The translations under genes and the position numbers were made by a program. From contig JANMMR010000002.1 of NCBI GenBank assembly GCA_031373455.1, forward strand, positions 1 through 37,495: a DNA stretch of 37,495 nucleotides, in the 5' to 3' direction. Positions 34,562 to 37,495 of this stretch are shown here, piece by piece (the stretch's first letter is position 1; the number at the start of each line of letters is the position of its first letter). This DNA is from Rhodoferax sp. Lineage in GTDB: Bacteria; Pseudomonadota; Gammaproteobacteria; Burkholderiales; Burkholderiaceae_C. The notes beneath the pieces were generated by a model. The model had not been told where the DNA came from and ran no database searches. It saw nothing but the letters and a program-made list of their open reading frames with translations.

Positions 34562-35026
34562 ATGAGCGTCAATTTTCAAATCAACGGCAAGGCGGTTGCC
34601 GCCAAGGCCGAACCCGACACCCCGCTGTTGTGGGTGATCCGCGATGAGCTGGGCCTCACCGGTACCAAATTTGGCTGCGGCGCGGCGTTGTGTGGCGCCT
34701 GCACCGTTCACGTGAACGGGCAAGCCGTGCGCTCCTGCCAGACGCCCGTGAACACGGTCGGCGGCAAAAAGGTCGCGACGATCGAAAGCCTCTCCAAAAA
34801 CAACTCGCACCCGCTGCAGATGGCGTGGATCAAGCACGACGTGCCGCAGTGCGGCTATTGCCAGAGCGGCCAGTTGATGAGCGCTGCGGCCTTGTTGTCA
34901 ACCAACAAAAACCCGAGCGACGCCGACATCGACGCCGCCATGTCCGGCAACATCTGCCGCTGTGGCACCTACCCCCGCATCCGCGCAGCCATCAAGGACG
35001 CGGCTTCTTCCATGCGCAAAGCCTGA
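34562..35026 (+). CDS. (2Fe-2S)-binding small subunit of a molybdopterin oxidoreductase (IorA-like)
   Basis: 154 aa. Cluster motifs [12 protein letters not shown] and CGYCQSG...CRCGTY. SD GGAGA upstream of the ATG at 34562. The 464-aa ORF from 33632 is an artefactual extension. Confidence 0.92.
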   Translation: MSVNFQINGKAVAAKAEPDTPLLWVIRDELGLTGTKFGCGAALCGACTVHVNGQAVRSCQTPVNTVGGKKVATIESLSKNNSHPLQMAWIKHDVPQCGYCQSGQLMSAAALLSTNKNPSDADIDAAMSGNICRCGTYPRIRAAIKDAASSMRKA

Positions 35027-35039
35027 GGAGCACACACAC

Positions 35040-37238
35040 ATGACTTCATTCACCAAAATTGAAACCACCGCCATCGAAGCGGCAGACATTGCACCCAAAG
35101 GCCTCAAAGCCTCGCGCCGCGGGTTCCTGAAAACGTCCGCCATTGGCGGCGGCGGCCTGCTGATGGGTTTTGCCCTGCCATTCAAGAGCGCGCTGGCTGC
35201 CGGCACGGTTCACACACCCAATGCCTGGGTCCACATCGCAGATGACAACACCATCACCCTGATCTCGGCACGCTCCGAAATGGGCCAGGGCGTCTACACC
35301 GCGCTGCCGATGTTGATCGCCGAAGAGCTCAACGTTGATTTCCGCAAAATGAAAGTGGCGATCGCCCCGCCGGATGCCAAGGTTTACGGCAACCCGCTGG
35401 TTGGCGGCCCGCAGCTTACCGGTGGCTCCACCTCGGTGCGTGACGCGTGGGAGAAACTCCGCGTAGGCGGCGCGCAAGTGCGCGAGATGCTGATCAGCGC
35501 CGCAGCCGACAAATGGAAAGTCGACCGCAGCACACTCAAGGCCGTTAACGGCACCGTGGTTGGCCCCAAAGGGCAAAAAGCCACCTATGGCCAGCTCGCC
35601 GCTGCTGCCTCCAAACTGCCGGTGCCCGAGAAGCCACCCATCAAGGACCCGAAAGATTTCACCATTGTGGGCAAGGCCACGCGCCGCCTGGACACACCGG
35701 CCAAAACCAACGGTACGGCGGAGTTCGGCATCGACGTGAAGCTGCCCGGCATGGTGTATGCCTCGCTCGAGCAGTGCCCGGTGATTGGCGGCACGGTCAA
35801 GTCGGTGGATTCGGCCAAAGCCAAATCGATGCCCGGCGTGATCGACGTGATCCAGATCCCCGATGGTGTGGCCGTGGTGGCCAACACCTGGTGGCGTGCC
35901 AACCAGGCGCGCAAGGCCCTGGCCGTCACGTGGGACGAAGGCGCGGGCGCCAATGTCAACACGGCCGCCATGTACGAAGGCACGCGCGCTGCGTCCAAGA
36001 CCGGCACGGCACTGCCCTTGAAGGCCGTGGGTGATGCAGACGCCGTCATCGGCGCTTCGCAAAACGTGGTGCGCGCTGAGTATGTGAGCCAGAACGTGTC
36101 GCACTCGCCGCTGGAGCCGATGAACTTCACGGCCTGGTTCAAAGACGGCAAGATGGCCCTCATTGGCCCCACGCAATGGCAAGACGCGGCGCAATCGGCC
36201 ATTGGCAAAGCGGTCGGCATCAAGACCGAAGACGTGTCCGTCAAGACCACCTTCCTCGGTGGCGGTTTTGGCCGTCGCATCGACATCGACTTCATCGTGC
36301 AGGCGGCGCTGATTGCCAAAGCCGTGCCGGGCAAGCCGGTCAAGCTCGTGTGGTCGCGTGAAGACGACATGACGCACGACATTTATCGCCCCTTGGCGTT
36401 CCACACCATTGCAGCCTCAATCGGCGACGATGGCAAACCAACGGCCATGACCTTCCGCCACACCGGCCAGTCGATCACCGGCCGTGTGTTTGGCCTGCCC
36501 GCGCCGGTGCAAGACCCGCTGATGACCGAAGCCGCCATTGCCGGTTACGAAATTCCCGCCACCAAGCATGACGTTGTCAAACACGACGCCGGCCTGCGCG
36601 TGGGTTACCTGCGTTCCGTGAGCCACGCCGTCAATGTGTTCGCCAACGAGAGCTTCATTGACGAGCTGGCTTTGAAGGCGGGCAAGGACCCGGTCGAATA
36701 CCGCATGTCGATGCTCTCCAAAGGGCCGCGTTACGCCAATGTGCTCAAGCTGGCCGCCGACAAGGCAGGCTGGTCCACCGCACCAGCGGCTGGGCGCGCC
36801 CGCGGTGTGGCACTGATGGAAGGTTACGACTCCTACCTCGCCGCCGTGGCCGAAGTGAGCCTGAACTCCGACGGCTCGGTCAAGGTGCACAAGATCACCT
36901 TGGCTGCCGACGTGGGCCGCATGGTGAACCCCGACACGGTGGAAGCACAGGTTACGTCAGGCGCGGTATTTGGCCTGGGCATGGCGACTATGCAGAACAT
37001 CACGGTCGACAAGGGCCGCGTGCAGCAGACCAATTTCAACGGTGCTTTCCAGCTGCCGCGCATGAGCGAAGTGCCGCCGATGGACGTGATTTTGGTCACC
37101 AGCACCGAGAAGCCTGGTGGCATTGGCGAGCCCAGCGTGGCCGTCACGGTGCCCGCCATCGCCAACGCGGTGGCCAAGCTCACCGGCAAACGCGTGCGCA
37201 GCCTGCCGATCACGGCAGACGCGATCAAGTCGGCCTGA
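35040..37238 (+). CDS. Molybdopterin-binding large subunit (aldehyde oxidase/xanthine dehydrogenase family, IorB-like) with Tat signal
   Basis: 732 aa from the ATG at 35040 (SD GAGGAG 9 nt upstream). Twin-arginine motif SRRGFLKTSAIGGGGLL...ALA. Confidence 0.92.
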   Translation: MTSFTKIETTAIEAADIAPKGLKASRRGFLKTSAIGGGGLLMGFALPFKSALAAGTVHTPNAWVHIADDNTITLISARSEMGQGVYTALPMLIAEELNVDFRKMKVAIAPPDAKVYGNPLVGGPQLTGGSTSVRDAWEKLRVGGAQVREMLISAAADKWKVDRSTLKAVNGTVVGPKGQKATYGQLAAAASKLPVPEKPPIKDPKDFTIVGKATRRLDTPAKTNGTAEFGIDVKLPGMVYASLEQCPVIGGTVKSVDSAKAKSMPGVIDVIQIPDGVAVVANTWWRANQARKALAVTWDEGAGANVNTAAMYEGTRAASKTGTALPLKAVGDADAVIGASQNVVRAEYVSQNVSHSPLEPMNFTAWFKDGKMALIGPTQWQDAAQSAIGKAVGIKTEDVSVKTTFLGGGFGRRIDIDFIVQAALIAKAVPGKPVKLVWSREDDMTHDIYRPLAFHTIAASIGDDGKPTAMTFRHTGQSITGRVFGLPAPVQDPLMTEAAIAGYEIPATKHDVVKHDAGLRVGYLRSVSHAVNVFANESFIDELALKAGKDPVEYRMSMLSKGPRYANVLKLAADKAGWSTAPAAGRARGVALMEGYDSYLAAVAEVSLNSDGSVKVHKITLAADVGRMVNPDTVEAQVTSGAVFGLGMATMQNITVDKGRVQQTNFNGAFQLPRMSEVPPMDVILVTSTEKPGGIGEPSVAVTVPAIANAVAKLTGKRVRSLPITADAIKSA

Positions 37239-37272
37239 CCCGTTGGGTCAAGCAAAGCCTTAAAAAAGCGGC

Positions 37273-37495
37273 TTGACCCAGCCTCTCCCTACAGCGCTCG
37301 TTCTGGCTTCCGGCCGGGGCGAGCGCTTTTTGGCGTCTGGCGGGCAGACACACAAGTTAAAAGCGCTGCTGGCCGGCAAACCGGTGCTGCAGCATGTGAT
37401 CGACGCTGTCCGGTCCAGCGGCCTGCCGTTTCACGTGGAAGACGCCGGCCACCCCGGCATGGGCGACTCCATCGCGGCGGCGGTTCGGGCAACTC
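37273..37495 (+). CDS. MocA-like nucleotidyltransferase (molybdenum cofactor cytidylyltransferase), N-terminal fragment running off the window
   Basis: My own translation of this frame gives ..ALVLASGRGERFLASGGQTHKLKALLAGKPVLQHVIDAVRSSGLPFHVEDAGHPGMGDSIAAAVRAT. The LAxGxGxRF and GMGxSI motifs fit MocA/MobA-like proteins. The only in-frame start I see after the stop at 37261 is TTG 37273. This ORF is not in the supplied track. Confidence 0.55.
   Translation, partial: MTQPLPTALVLASGRGERFLASGGQTHKLKALLAGKPVLQHVIDAVRSSGLPFHVEDAGHPGMGDSIAAAVRAT

Noticed and set aside
33632-35026. 464-aa + strand ORF starting in the hexamer repeat ([11 protein letters not shown]...).
   Set aside because: Its first roughly 310 codons are antisense to pdxH and low-complexity. 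Only the last 154 codons (from ATG 34562, with its own SD) form the 2Fe-2S subunit.
35031-35040. (CA)5 dinucleotide run between the SD and the start codon of the molybdopterin subunit, as a phase-variation tract.
   Set aside because: Five units is too short to argue for slippage-based regulation without population data.

Overview
This is a GC-rich, densely coding chromosomal window. Gene content and codon bias look betaproteobacterial (Burkholderiales/Comamonadaceae-like), which is an inference. Gene order: LPS core genes (a GT9 heptosyltransferase fragment and waaA); a crotonase and a VOC-like protein; a two-gene ATPase + HNH nuclease module (Septu/PtuAB-like); a minus-strand efflux supercluster (tetR, RND adaptor, RND pump, methyltransferase, rhodanese, tolC); glpQ; a five-gene Liv-type amino-acid ABC importer; msrA; an orphan cytochrome P450; a putative metal-acquisition cluster (ABC ATPase, FtsX permease, small Cys/His secreted protein, DUF3299, DUF2946-like, TonB-dependent receptor); an AEC transporter; two acyl-CoA dehydrogenase genes plus an enoyl-CoA hydratase; a fasciclin protein; pdxH; an IorAB-like 2Fe-2S/molybdopterin oxidoreductase; and a partial MocA-like gene. 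I saw no rRNA, tRNA, CRISPR array, transposase or integrase. The most unusual signal is non-coding. Three short AT-rich islands (3803-4003, about 14560-14620, and 33429-33612) interrupt the GC-rich background. All three carry the same bipartite motif, AAGTCACG-N17-GCTATWTATTT, with identical spacing but unrelated spacer sequence. One copy sits upstream of the PtuAB-like module. One sits upstream of a Shine-Dalgarno/ATG followed by a (GGCGAT)5 repeat that runs antisense into pdxH. One lies between the tetR-RND operon and glpQ. Other non-coding oddities: a 161-bp element with perfect 27-bp terminal inverted repeats between the two LPS genes, a structured REP-like repeat pair, a 3x14-bp tandem repeat, and a 9-bp-periodic repeat array. 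All functional calls come from motif recognition by eye. No database search was run.
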